Part shown: one piece after another, positions 45,404 through 55,110 of the stretch | How positions within the stretch are numbered: the stretch's first letter is position 1 | Layout: each line of letters starts with the position of its first letter | Source: Acidobacteriota bacterium | GTDB taxonomy: Bacteria; Acidobacteriota; UBA4820 | NCBI GenBank assembly: GCA_029559035.1 | Contig: JAKQCT010000066.1 | Location: forward strand, 64,832-128,831 | DNA: 64,000 bases | Reading direction: 5' to 3' | Made by a program: the position numbers and the translations under genes | Notes under the pieces: generated by a model | Databases searched by the model: none | Told to the model about the DNA's origin: nothing | The model's input: the letters and a program-made list of their open reading frames with translations, nothing else

Positions 45404-45808
45404 TCACGCCTTCTTCGCCTTGACGGTGAAGACAGGCCGGGCTTCGATCGCCTTCTTGACGGCGCACTGGGCGACGGCTCGTTCGAGGGCAGGCAGGTAT
45501 TTTTCGTCGAAGGACGCGCCTGCTTCGATCGAAAAGTCGAACTTCGGGGGCTCGCCCTTTTCCTTCATCTCCTTCGTCCATTCGGCGTTCATTTTGATGT
45601 CGAGGGAAGACGGGTCGATCCCCCTCGCGAGGCAAAAGTCGAGGACGAAATAGGAGCCGCAGGTCGAGAGCGCTCCAAGAAAGAGCGCGTAGGGAGAAGG
45701 GGCTGCGTCCTCACCTCCGTCCTTCACCGGCTGGTCGGTGAGGATCTGATGGCCGCCAATTTCGGCCGTAACTTTTCTTCCGCCTTTGAACCCGATCTTT
45801 ATCTCCAT
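45404..45808 (-). CDS. osmC: OsmC/Ohr-family peroxiredoxin-like protein
   Basis: …GGEDAAPSPYALFLGALSTCG… has the OsmC Cys-containing core. Confidence 0.8.
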   Translation of the reverse strand: MEIKIGFKGGRKVTAEIGGHQILTDQPVKDGGEDAAPSPYALFLGALSTCGSYFVLDFCLARGIDPSSLDIKMNAEWTKEMKEKGEPPKFDFSIEAGASFDEKYLPALERAVAQCAVKKAIEARPVFTVKAKKA

Positions 45809-45836
45809 TCCGTTCTCCTTTCAATATTTCTTCGGA

Positions 45837-46280
45837 TCAATCATAGGCTTTCATGATTTCTTCCGAGTCCCTGAAGAGAAGGGGCGCGAGCTTCTCCATC
45901 TCGGACCTCTTCCAGAAGGGGAGCTTCCTGTGCTCCTTCAGGTACTTCATCGGGATCGGGTGGGTGCCGACGACCACTTCCAGTTCATACCTGCTCTTGA
46001 TGAAAGAAACGAAATCGGCCAGCCTCGGACAGGGAGGATAGCCGACGACAAGCCCCGTCGCCAGATGGACCACCTCGACGCCGTTCTTTTTCATCTCTTC
46101 GGGCGCGTACTCGATGTTGCCTCCCGGGCATCCTCCGCAGGATGTGTATCCTGCTATTTCGACTTCTTCCTCCCCGGCATAGCGGGAGAAGGCTCCCGCC
46201 TTTTCCCCGAGAGCGCGGAAGCACTTTCCGCCGGCGCAATTTCCGTACCTGTCGCAGATGATTATGCCGATCTTCTTCAT
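45837..46280 (-). CDS. CGGC-domain protein
   Basis: MKKIGIIICDRYGNCAGGKCF…YTSCGGCPGG… has the CGGC signature. Confidence 0.75.
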   Translation of the reverse strand: MKKIGIIICDRYGNCAGGKCFRALGEKAGAFSRYAGEEEVEIAGYTSCGGCPGGNIEYAPEEMKKNGVEVVHLATGLVVGYPPCPRLADFVSFIKSRYELEVVVGTHPIPMKYLKEHRKLPFWKRSEMEKLAPLLFRDSEEIMKAYD

Positions 46281-46302
46281 CGCGGCACCTCCTTTTATAA
46301 TA

Positions 46303-46956
46303 CTATGGGGTCTTCGAGAACCAGACTGCAGCGTTATTGTGGGCTTCGGCGCGGCCTTCTTCCTTGAGCCCCAGCGAACATAAAAAGCTCGCGGCGGAAT
46401 CGATCGTGCATTTGCTCCTCGGATGTTCCTTCCCTTCTGAACGGTGGACCTTCGCCACCATGCCGAACCCTTCCTCGTTGAAGTCGGCGATGATCAATTT
46501 TCCGTTGGGAGAAAGGACCCTCGTCATTTCTGACAGGACCCCTTCCGCATTATCAAGGTGATGAAGTACCTCCATCATCGCGACGGCCTTGAATTTGCCG
46601 CTCTCGTAGGGAAGGGAGGAAGCGTCCCGGATCGCGAATTCTATCCTTCCCGAGAGAGACCTTTCGGCTGCGAGGAAGCCGGCCAGCTCCGAGTCCTCTT
46701 CGCTTATGTCTATGGAAACTACCTCGAGACCGTTCGAGGCAAGCGCCATGGCAAGGAGCCCCTTTCCCGTTCCCACGTCCAGCGCGGGCGATCCGAGCTC
46801 TCCGGCGCAGCCCGCGACGAAGCGGGCCGCTTCGAACCTGTCGTGGCCGAGAGAAAGGTACTGCTCCGTCCTTCTGTCGAAATCCTCCGCCCGATCTTTT
46901 AAGGGTTTTTTCACGAGAGCCGGATCTGTCACAGAAGCCCCCTGCTTTCCATCCAC
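46303..46956 (-). CDS. Class I SAM-dependent methyltransferase
   Basis: Motif I LDVGTGKGLLAMALA, motif post-I, …PNGKLIIADF…. Confidence 0.7.
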   Translation of the reverse strand: MDGKQGASVTDPALVKKPLKDRAEDFDRRTEQYLSLGHDRFEAARFVAGCAGELGSPALDVGTGKGLLAMALASNGLEVVSIDISEEDSELAGFLAAERSLSGRIEFAIRDASSLPYESGKFKAVAMMEVLHHLDNAEGVLSEMTRVLSPNGKLIIADFNEEGFGMVAKVHRSEGKEHPRSKCTIDSAASFLCSLGLKEEGRAEAHNNAAVWFSKTP

Positions 46957-47909
46957 TGATCGTCGAAGATGTTGCTTAGGTACTTGGACGCCCCGTCGGG
47001 AAATATGGTCGCGATCCTTGCCGACGCCGGAAGATCTTTAGCGATCCCGAGAACGGCGCAGATGGCGGCGCCGCTGGACCCGCCTCCGAGGAGTCCCTCT
47101 TCCTTCACCAGCCTTCGTGCGTGCGAGAAAGCGTCCCTGTCGGACACCTGGACCATGTCGTCGATGACGGAGAAGTCGGCGCATCCGATGATGAACTCGT
47201 CGCCCAGCCCTTCCAGAAAATAGGGGCGTGCGTTCCCCTTTTTGCCGGTGCGGAAGTATTCGGTGAAGACCGATCCTTCGACGTCAACCGCAATTATCTT
47301 TATTTTTGGGTCCTTCTCTTTAAGGAATTTTCCCGCCCCCCCGATCGTTCCGCCCGTTCCCATGCCCGCGACCAGGCAGTCGATCCTACCCTCCATCTGT
47401 TCCCAGATCTCGGGGCCGGTGGTGCTGTAATGGGCTTCGTTGTTCTCCCTGTTATTGTGCTGGTCGGGGAAGTAGCAGTTCTTCGTCTCCCTCGCGAGCC
47501 TGGGGGTTATGTTGTTGTATGAATCGGGAGACTCCGGCGGAAGCGAGGTGTCAGCCTTCACGATCTCGGCCCCCAGCGCCTGGAGCTGTTTCAGCTTTTC
47601 CCTGCTCAGGGTGTCGCGCACCACCACCTTGAGCCTGTAGCCCTTCTGGATGGCCACCATCGCGAGGCTCATGGCCATGTTGCCCGAGGAGTTCTCGATT
47701 ATCGTGTCGCCCGGCTTTATCCTGCCGTCCCGCTCGGCTTTTTGGATCATGTACTTCGCGGTCCTGTCTTTTATGCTTCCGGTCGGATTGGCGAATTCCA
47801 GCTTGGCGAAAACCGAACAGGCTAGCCCCGCGGTGATCTTACGAAGCTTCACCATGGGGGTGTTTCCGATGGCATCAAGGACGCTGTCGTGTTGCCGGAC
47901 GGGCGGCAT
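46929..47909 (-). CDS. PLP-dependent cysteine synthase / cystathionine beta-synthase family enzyme
   Basis: …PTGSIKDR… PLP-Lys motif, GTGGTIGG glycine loop. Confidence 0.85.
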   Translation of the reverse strand: MPPVRQHDSVLDAIGNTPMVKLRKITAGLACSVFAKLEFANPTGSIKDRTAKYMIQKAERDGRIKPGDTIIENSSGNMAMSLAMVAIQKGYRLKVVVRDTLSREKLKQLQALGAEIVKADTSLPPESPDSYNNITPRLARETKNCYFPDQHNNRENNEAHYSTTGPEIWEQMEGRIDCLVAGMGTGGTIGGAGKFLKEKDPKIKIIAVDVEGSVFTEYFRTGKKGNARPYFLEGLGDEFIIGCADFSVIDDMVQVSDRDAFSHARRLVKEEGLLGGGSSGAAICAVLGIAKDLPASARIATIFPDGASKYLSNIFDDQWMESRGLL

Positions 47910-47927
47910 GTTTCCTCCTTGCAGGGG

Positions 47928-49109
47928 TTACGCTTTTTGCAGAGCCTGTTCCAGGTCGGACATGAGGTCGTTTATGTCCTCTATGCCCACCGAATAACGG
48001 ACGAGCCCGTCGCCGATCCCGGCGGCCTCGCGGGCTTCCTTCGACATCCCCGCGTGCGTCATCGAGGCGGGATGCTGGATGAGGGTCTCGACTCCACCGA
48101 GCGAGACGGCAAGGGTCGCGACCTTGACCGCGTCCATGACCTTTCTTCCCGCTTCGATGCCGCCCTTCAGTTCGAAGCTTATCATCGACCCGAAGCCGGA
48201 CATCTGCTTCTTCGCGAGCTCGTGCTGGGGGTGGGATTCGAGCCCGACGTAGCGCACCCATTCGACCTTCGGGTGCGTCTCGAGCCAGCGGGCGATCTTT
48301 ATCGCGTTCTCCTGCGCCCTCTCGACCCTGATGGAGAGGGTCTTGAGGCCGCGGAGGACCAGGAAAGCCTGGTGCGGATCCATGTTGCAGCCGAAGTTCA
48401 CCATTATCGGGCGAATCCGCTTGCAGAGGTCCCTTTCTTTTGTGACGATCACTCCGCCAACTATGTCGGCGTGCCCGTTGAGGAATTTCGTGACGGAATG
48501 AAGGACCACGTCCGCGCCGAGGTCAAGCGGCTTCTGCAGGTAGGGGCTCGCGAAGGTATTATCGACGACCAGCAGACAGTTCCTCGAATGGGCCAGTTCC
48601 GCGACCGCGGCGATGTCGGTAACCAGCATGGCGGGGTTCGAAGGAGATTCGACATAGACCAGCTTCGTCTCGGGTCGGAACGCCGCCTTCACGGCTTCAA
48701 GTTTGGAGGTGTTGACGAACGATGATGTTACCCCGAACCTCGAGAGCTGCTTTTCCACGAGGCCCCGCGACGGCCCGTAAACGGAGTCGGTGCTGATCAT
48801 GTGGTCGCCCCCGGAAAGCAGGGCCAGGAAGACCGTGCTAACCGCGCCCAGGCCGGAGCTCGTCGCTATCGCGTGGGAGCCGTTCTCCAGTTCGGCGATG
48901 TTCTCCTCGAACGCTTTCACGGTCGGGTTGGCTATCCTGGTGTAGATATAGCCCTCTTCTTTTCCGGCGAAGAGCGCGGCGCCGTGCTCGGCGTTCCTGA
49001 ATGCGAAGGTCGAGGTCTGGTAGATCGGGACGTTGACCGTTCCGGTATGGTCGCCGTGAAAACCGGCGTGGATGAGCTTTGTCGCGAAACCCTTGTTCTT
49101 GGTGTCCAT
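47928..49109 (-). CDS. Cys/Met-metabolism PLP enzyme (cystathionine gamma-lyase/synthase or methionine gamma-lyase family)
   Basis: …GAVSTVFLALL…, …DNTFASPYLQ…, SVTKFLNGH (PLP-Lys). Confidence 0.85.
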   Translation of the reverse strand: MDTKNKGFATKLIHAGFHGDHTGTVNVPIYQTSTFAFRNAEHGAALFAGKEEGYIYTRIANPTVKAFEENIAELENGSHAIATSSGLGAVSTVFLALLSGGDHMISTDSVYGPSRGLVEKQLSRFGVTSSFVNTSKLEAVKAAFRPETKLVYVESPSNPAMLVTDIAAVAELAHSRNCLLVVDNTFASPYLQKPLDLGADVVLHSVTKFLNGHADIVGGVIVTKERDLCKRIRPIMVNFGCNMDPHQAFLVLRGLKTLSIRVERAQENAIKIARWLETHPKVEWVRYVGLESHPQHELAKKQMSGFGSMISFELKGGIEAGRKVMDAVKVATLAVSLGGVETLIQHPASMTHAGMSKEAREAAGIGDGLVRYSVGIEDINDLMSDLEQALQKA

Positions 49110-49173
49110 TCGTTCTCCTTTTTCAAAAAAGCCCGTTATCACCGAAAAAACGGGCGAGGGACCGGTATTCAGA

Positions 49174-51417
49174 TCACGGGCGGGTCTCGACGACCCTTCC
49201 TTCCATTTCCGGGTGTGGCTTGACGCCGAGAATGTCCAGGATGGTCGGCGCCACGTCTAGTATGTTGAGCTCGGTATCCATCAGCGTCCTGTTGCAGAAG
49301 AACATTCCCTTGACGCAGTAGGGGTCGAGCGAGCAGTGGTCGCCGCTCCACGGCTTGAGGTTCGGGGCGATCAGCTTGTCGGGGACTCCTCCGAGCGATG
49401 TCTGCCAGGAAACCCTGTACCCCGGGTGGTTGGACACCCTCAGGTCGGGAATGACGTCGGGATCGTAATCCCTGTATATCTCGTCCCTCTTGTAAACCTT
49501 GCAGACGGGAGCTTCGCCCGTCTCGGGATCTACGATCTTGGGAAGCTCCGAGCAGATAGCGTCCATGAGCTCCTCGTATTCGCGCCCGGGGTTTACTATG
49601 CCGTGCTTTTCACGGCCCTTCAGGTTGACGTAGATGTTCCCGAGGCCCAGCCCGTAGGCTTTCGTTTTCGACCAGTCCACGTTCTTGAAGAGCAGCCTGT
49701 CGTCGTCGAACAGGTCGTAAAGAGACATCAACCCGGTGTCCTCTTTAAGCGCCATGTAGCCGTTGTCCACCAGCCACCTGTTGTAGTTGACCTCTTTCCT
49801 GAAGCTTGCGAAGCCGTGGTCGGACAGGACGATCAGGACCGTGTCGCGGGGGATGAGGGACGTCGCCCTGCCCACGATGTCGTCCATGTAGATGTAAGCC
49901 TTTTTCATCTCCTCCCTGTAGCGGGGCGCTTTGACAGGGTCGAAAAGGGGATGCCTTTCGTCCATGTAGCGCCAGAGAATGTGCGACATCCTGTCCGTGT
50001 ATTCGAACACCTGGACATAAAGGTCCATGTCTCCGTCTTTCAGCAGGGCGGCCATCATGTTCTCGTAAGGTTTTTCGGTCTCGTACATGTCGGAGAGGAA
50101 CTGCTCCTCGTCGGAGAGGGAGGACGATATGGTCCAGGTGTCGACCGCCCAGCCCATGGTCTTGAATGCCCCGAAACGGCGGAACAGCTCGCCGGCGTAT
50201 TTCCTCGGGAAAGAGATGTCGAGGTCGTTGTCCGGATGGATCTGGATAGGCGACATGTACATCCTGAACTCGGGTTTGACTTCCACCAGGTAGAACCTGA
50301 CGAGCCCTTTTACCTTAACCAGCCTGCTGAAGCGGAACTCCACCTCCGTCCATTCGGACCATTCCCTCATTCCCAGTTCGAGCCTTTTGCCGGGGACGGA
50401 AAGGGCCACTCGTTCCTTTTCGGGGAGGATCCTTATAGTAAGAGGAAAGGTTTGTATCTCCTTTACCCCCTTCTTTTCCAGTTCCTCTCTGCCCATCACT
50501 CTCAGCGCGTCTTTTGTCGTATCGTCCGTGCAGGCGTTTTCGTATTCGTCCAGGATGTATGTGAAGAATGGCTTGTTGAACGGCCCGGGGATTTCCACCG
50601 TCTTCTCTTCTTCGTAAACGGTCGGGTCGACCGGTACTATTTCGACGGAAAATTCGTTGTCTCTCATCTTGAGGGAATAATCGGTGGTGATTATGTAAGG
50701 CGTGCCCACTCTTCCCCTCATGTCGGGCACTCCAAGGCCCGACAGGAGCCGGCCTTTGAGGAACGGTTTCGCGGGGAAAGTGTCGGGATGTCTTATGACG
50801 ACGGCCTTTACGCCGCTATCCGCCGCGTGCTCCCAGAAGGTGACCCCCTTCAGGTGGTTTATGGCGAAGGGTATCTGCGAGGGGATGTTCTCCGAGATGA
50901 AATCGAGCGCCGCGACGCCGCAGAAAACGCCGAGGACGGCTGAACATCCCATGACGAGCATTCTGACCCTCTTTGGAAGCATCTTCGCCGTCACGAATCC
51001 GGCGGCAAAGAAGAACAGGAAGGCCAGTAAAGCCCCTGCCGCCGCGTTGTACCTTCCCAGAAGGAACCTCTTCTTTCCCTCTTCGTTGAGAGCGAACGAC
51101 GGCTTGTATGTTTCGGGGTTTCTTCTCAGGAAATCGAACACCTCGTTCTTGCCCGGGTTCGTGGATGTCATGAAGGCCGCCCACGAAACGGGGGTCTGCG
51201 GCGGGTTCACGACGCCGAGTTCCCTGAAACAACCCTCGTTTTCAAGCTTCCTGAGGTTGGGCAGCGCTCCTTCGTCCATGTATTGCCTGATGAGCCTGGG
51301 GTCGGCGCCGTCGAAGCCCAGGACAACGACCTTGGGCGCGGAGAAGGCGGGGAAGCTCAGGAAAGCCTGCAACAGCAAAACGAGGAGCCCGGCGATCCCG
51401 GTCGGAAAAAACCTCAT
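49174..51417 (-). CDS. Alkaline-phosphatase-superfamily enzyme (type I phosphodiesterase/nucleotide pyrophosphatase-like) with signal peptide and internal TM insertion
   Basis: …PKVVVLGFDGADP…, metal-ligand Asp/His blocks, …SDHGF…; signal peptide MRFFPTGIAGLLVLLLQAFLSFPAFSA. Confidence 0.7.
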   Translation of the reverse strand: MRFFPTGIAGLLVLLLQAFLSFPAFSAPKVVVLGFDGADPRLIRQYMDEGALPNLRKLENEGCFRELGVVNPPQTPVSWAAFMTSTNPGKNEVFDFLRRNPETYKPSFALNEEGKKRFLLGRYNAAAGALLAFLFFFAAGFVTAKMLPKRVRMLVMGCSAVLGVFCGVAALDFISENIPSQIPFAINHLKGVTFWEHAADSGVKAVVIRHPDTFPAKPFLKGRLLSGLGVPDMRGRVGTPYIITTDYSLKMRDNEFSVEIVPVDPTVYEEEKTVEIPGPFNKPFFTYILDEYENACTDDTTKDALRVMGREELEKKGVKEIQTFPLTIRILPEKERVALSVPGKRLELGMREWSEWTEVEFRFSRLVKVKGLVRFYLVEVKPEFRMYMSPIQIHPDNDLDISFPRKYAGELFRRFGAFKTMGWAVDTWTISSSLSDEEQFLSDMYETEKPYENMMAALLKDGDMDLYVQVFEYTDRMSHILWRYMDERHPLFDPVKAPRYREEMKKAYIYMDDIVGRATSLIPRDTVLIVLSDHGFASFRKEVNYNRWLVDNGYMALKEDTGLMSLYDLFDDDRLLFKNVDWSKTKAYGLGLGNIYVNLKGREKHGIVNPGREYEELMDAICSELPKIVDPETGEAPVCKVYKRDEIYRDYDPDVIPDLRVSNHPGYRVSWQTSLGGVPDKLIAPNLKPWSGDHCSLDPYCVKGMFFCNRTLMDTELNILDVAPTILDILGVKPHPEMEGRVVETRP

Positions 51418-51427
51418 GACGGCACTT

Positions 51428-51766
51428 TCAGTGGTCACAAACGTTGGCTCCGCTTACAAGAGTGCCCGCGAGGAAATCTCCCGCGAGCTTCTCGGGGGAT
51501 TCAGCGGGGGCGCCGATCACCACCTTTATTCCGTTCGCGGCGAAAAGCTCCTGAGCCCTCTGACCCATTCCTCCCGCTATTATCACGTTCGCTCCCCTTT
51601 CGGCGAGCCAGGGAGGAAGAAGTCCCGGCTGGTGGGGCGGAGCGTCAAGGAATTCTTTTCCCAGGATCTTCTTTTCTTTCTCGTCAACCTCGATGACTGC
51701 GAATTTTTCGCAATGGCCGAAGTGCATCGATAACTGTCCGTTCGCAACAGGTATGACTATTTTCAT
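51428..51766 (-). CDS. NifB/NifX-family (dinitrogenase FeMo-cofactor-binding-like) small protein
   Basis: MKIVIPVANGQLSMHFGHCEKFAVIEV…, typical NifX-like. Confidence 0.75.
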   Translation of the reverse strand: MKIVIPVANGQLSMHFGHCEKFAVIEVDEKEKKILGKEFLDAPPHQPGLLPPWLAERGANVIIAGGMGQRAQELFAANGIKVVIGAPAESPEKLAGDFLAGTLVSGANVCDH

Positions 51767-51788
51767 CGTTAGCTTCTCCTTTTGAAGG

Positions 51789-52559
51789 TCATTTCCGCCG
51801 TCTCAGGTCTTTCAACACAAGTTCGGCGGCTTTTAATCCGGACTTCAGCATCCCGCCGAAGATCGGACCCATCCGCGGGCCGCCGTAGTACGAGCAGACG
51901 CTCATCCCCGAGAGGTACAGCCCGGGGTAGACCGCACCCGTCTTTTCCACTACGAAATCCTCGCCGGAGCGGGCGTTCATTATGCCGTCGCCCTTAGGTT
52001 TTCCGAGGAGGTTCCTTTTGGCGAGCAGAGCCGCGGCAACAGCCTCGTGGCCTGTCGCGTCAACGACGGCGCGGCATTCGATCGTTATGGGGTCGACTGG
52101 AAGGTTCTCCCCGATGAAGGTCCTGTTGGCGACCACTCCCGCTATTTTCCTGTCTTTAACGACAAGGTCTTCGAGGTAGACAAGGTTCATTATGGAGGCG
52201 CCGGCTTTCATAGCCTGGTGGATCAGCGCCGCGGCCAGTTCGAAGGCGCTGGTCAGAAGAAGCCCGTCGCCCGTCCTGGAGTGGCCGATGTCAAGATCTT
52301 TGAGGATGGGACTGTCATTTTCCTCCACCACGATCTCGGGCATTCCCATCGCGCCGCCCCATATCCCGCCGCCGGGGGCCAGCCTTTTTTCCAGCAGTGT
52401 CACGCGGACGCCCTTCATCGCGAGCTGTCTCGCGCAGAGGAGGCCGGAAGGCCCCGCCCCGCATATTACCACGTCGCTTTCAAGACATTTGCCGAACCGT
52501 CTGGCATGGGCTTCAAAGATGGCGGTCGATATCTCTCTTTCGAAATTTTTTCTCTTCAT
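51789..52559 (-). CDS. thi4: Thi4-family thiazole synthase (sulfide-dependent type)
   Basis: …DVVICGAGPSGL… FAD/NAD fold, conserved Thi4 core. Confidence 0.8.
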   Translation of the reverse strand: MKRKNFEREISTAIFEAHARRFGKCLESDVVICGAGPSGLLCARQLAMKGVRVTLLEKRLAPGGGIWGGAMGMPEIVVEENDSPILKDLDIGHSRTGDGLLLTSAFELAAALIHQAMKAGASIMNLVYLEDLVVKDRKIAGVVANRTFIGENLPVDPITIECRAVVDATGHEAVAAALLAKRNLLGKPKGDGIMNARSGEDFVVEKTGAVYPGLYLSGMSVCSYYGGPRMGPIFGGMLKSGLKAAELVLKDLRRRK

Positions 52560-52664
52560 CGTTTTAGCTCCATCGAGAGGGCTCCGGGGGGGGTTCAATA
52601 CACGGAGCAAGCTTGAAATGATACCACAAAGGCTGTCCTGTTATCTTCCCCCCCGGGCTTTTTT

Positions 52665-53537
52665 TCAAAGGCCGAGAACCCTCCATACTTCCCTGATATC
52701 CGCGTCGGAATGGGCGCCGGTTTCAACCGCCGCCAGCCCCCTGATCTGGGCAGCCGTAACAGCTCCGTCGTAGCGTATCCTTCCTGCGATCGAAACGCCG
52801 GCTTCGATAGCGCCCCGCTCGATCTCTTCGGTCATGCCGGGGTTGATGTCCCATTTGTTTACACATATAAAGGTCGGTATTCCGAAGTGCTTGGTAAGCG
52901 ATACTATCCTTTCCAGGTCGTGCTTTCCGGAAACGGTGGGCTCCGTTACGACGAGGACTTGAGACGCCCCCGTTACGGAGGCTATGACCGGACATCCTAT
53001 GCCCGGAGGACCGTCCACGATGAGCGTATCCCTGTTCGTTTCTTCCGCTATCCTGCGGGCTTCCCTACGCACAATGGACACGAGCTTGCCGGAGTTCTCC
53101 GCCGCGGCATTCAGCTTCGCGTGGACCATCGGGCCTCTCCTGGTGTCGCTGACCATCCACCTGCCGCAGAGCCTTTCGGGGAAATCTATCGCGCGCTCCG
53201 GACAGCACCAGACGCACACACCGCATCCCTCGCATCCCGTTCTCCCAACTGCGTAAGCTGCGCCCTCTCCTTCGTTTTCATCCCTCCTGATGGCCTCGAA
53301 CCGGCAAACTTCCGCGCAGATCCCGCAGCCGGTGCATTTGTCCCGGACGATGACGGCTTCGTTTCTGCTGTAAAAATCGTGTGTCTCGACCAGGGTCGGA
53401 GTGAGAATCAGGTGCAGGTCGGCCGCGTCAACGTCGCAGTCGGCAAGCACCGCGTTGTTCGCCAGCACGGCAAATGAAGCGGCGATGCTTGTCTTTCCGG
53501 TCCCCCCCTTTCCCGATATTACGATAAGCTCTTTCAT
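52665..53537 (-). CDS. MinD/ParA-superfamily P-loop ATPase with inserted 4Fe-4S ferredoxin domain
   Basis: Deviant Walker A GKGGTGKTS; two CxxCxxC…CP clusters (CTGCGICAEVC…CEGCGVCVWCCP). Confidence 0.8.
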   Translation of the reverse strand: MKELIVISGKGGTGKTSIAASFAVLANNAVLADCDVDAADLHLILTPTLVETHDFYSRNEAVIVRDKCTGCGICAEVCRFEAIRRDENEGEGAAYAVGRTGCEGCGVCVWCCPERAIDFPERLCGRWMVSDTRRGPMVHAKLNAAAENSGKLVSIVRREARRIAEETNRDTLIVDGPPGIGCPVIASVTGASQVLVVTEPTVSGKHDLERIVSLTKHFGIPTFICVNKWDINPGMTEEIERGAIEAGVSIAGRIRYDGAVTAAQIRGLAAVETGAHSDADIREVWRVLGL

Positions 53538-53540
53538 TTT

Positions 53541-54149
53541 TCAGTCTCTCTTCCTTCCCCTCACTACCACGAGAGAAGCGGCGGAAGGATCCGATGTCTC
53601 GAATATGGTTTTACCTCCTATTCCGAGCCTGTAATCGATTTTCGTCTCAAAAAGCATGGCCGCGGCCTCAACCAGCGGAACGGGATCGCTATGCCTTATC
53701 TTTGAAACATGGCTGTCGCTCCTTTGGGACCGTTCCAGAAAAAATGGGGATAAAGGGTTCAGAAGCATCAGCATGAGGCTTCCGCCTTCGCGGAGAACCC
53801 TGGCAGATTCTTTCAACGCTTTCGCGGGATCTTTCATGAACTGAAGGGAGGCGATGAAGATCACGCCGTCGAACGATCTGTCCGGGAAGGGCATCTCCTC
53901 GGCGCTTCCTTCGAACTTTCTCATTTCCTGAGGGGCGCAGGAAAGCGCTTCTCCCGACACGTCCAGCCCCGTCAGGTCGAATCCTCTGGCGAGAAGGATC
54001 CTTTCGACACCCGCGGGGCCGCAGCCGACGCTCAAAAGAGCATCTTTCTTCGTGAAATACTCTTCCGCGTAGGACGCTTCCTTCTGAAACACGGCGTGCC
54101 AGAAGGCGCTCTCGGTTTTCTCCTTGTAATTTCTCGTTTCACGGTTCAT
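53541..54149 (-). CDS. Class I SAM-dependent methyltransferase
   Basis: …LSVGCGPAGVERILLARG…DVS…; Methyltransf_11-like. Confidence 0.7.
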   Translation of the reverse strand: MNRETRNYKEKTESAFWHAVFQKEASYAEEYFTKKDALLSVGCGPAGVERILLARGFDLTGLDVSGEALSCAPQEMRKFEGSAEEMPFPDRSFDGVIFIASLQFMKDPAKALKESARVLREGGSLMLMLLNPLSPFFLERSQRSDSHVSKIRHSDPVPLVEAAAMLFETKIDYRLGIGGKTIFETSDPSAASLVVVRGRKRD

Positions 54150-55110
54150 TCTTGCTTCCCTCTGCGGGGATGTAAAAGATCTGTCCGTTCTTCTCCGTTG
54201 CAGTTATTCTGCCTTCTTTGAACATCTGGCCGGTTCTCTTGAGAGCTTCGTTGGCCGGTATCCCGAGGCCGAGGGCGATGTCCCTTACGGTCACGGGCCT
54301 TCTCCTGACCAGCTCGAGTATCTCTGAATCTGCCGACTCAGGCACCGGTCGCGAGTCCTCCCGGCCTGATCCCTCCTTATATCCGATTATCTCGACAGGA
54401 GTCCGGAAAAATGAGGCGAACTGTTCCATTCTCGGACGGGGGACCTCAAGAGCTTCCGGCTTCGCGGGAGGCCTGACCACGGTGTTCAGTTGCACCTTCT
54501 CGGGCGAGATGTCGTCGACCAGCGCGGCTATCTTCTCAATCTCTGAATCGCTGTCGGTAGATCCTCCTACGACAAGGGATTCCAGCCAGACTCTTCCCTT
54601 GTACCAATCCTTCAGGCTCATCAGGCCTTCAACTACAGAGTCGAACCTGATCTTGCCGTGCGGCCTGTTGACTCTCCTGAACGAGGCGCCGGACCCGGCG
54701 TCAAGCGATGGGATGAGCAGGTCCGTCCCGGAAAGGGCCTCCTTGACCTCGTCCATGAACAGCAGGGACCCGTTCGTGATAACGGCAAGAGGGATCCCGG
54801 TCATGTTCTTTGTTTCACGGACGATCTCTTTCAGCGATCCGTTGAGTGTGGGTTCCCCCGATCCCGCCAGGGTGACATAGTCGGCGTGGATGTTAGTTTT
54901 TAACCTGGCTTCGAGTTCGCAGAGGAGCTTACTTGCCGAGACATATTCCTTTCTATCGACGGTCTTGAGGGTGGTCCCGCCAAGTTGACAGTAAACGCAG
55001 TCGTAGGTGCAGACCTTGAAGGGGACAAGATCCAATCCCAGCGATCTCCCGAGTCGCCTTGAAAATACCGGTCCGTATACGTGTCTCTCTGTCCGACCCG
55101 CGGAGTTCAA
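54139..55110 (-). CDS. Radical SAM enzyme with C-terminal wHTH-like domain
   Basis: CTYDCVYC (CxxxCxxC), preceded by YGPVFSRRLGRSLGLDL. Confidence 0.75.
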   Translation of the reverse strand: MNSAGRTERHVYGPVFSRRLGRSLGLDLVPFKVCTYDCVYCQLGGTTLKTVDRKEYVSASKLLCELEARLKTNIHADYVTLAGSGEPTLNGSLKEIVRETKNMTGIPLAVITNGSLLFMDEVKEALSGTDLLIPSLDAGSGASFRRVNRPHGKIRFDSVVEGLMSLKDWYKGRVWLESLVVGGSTDSDSEIEKIAALVDDISPEKVQLNTVVRPPAKPEALEVPRPRMEQFASFFRTPVEIIGYKEGSGREDSRPVPESADSEILELVRRRPVTVRDIALGLGIPANEALKRTGQMFKEGRITATEKNGQIFYIPAEGSKNEP

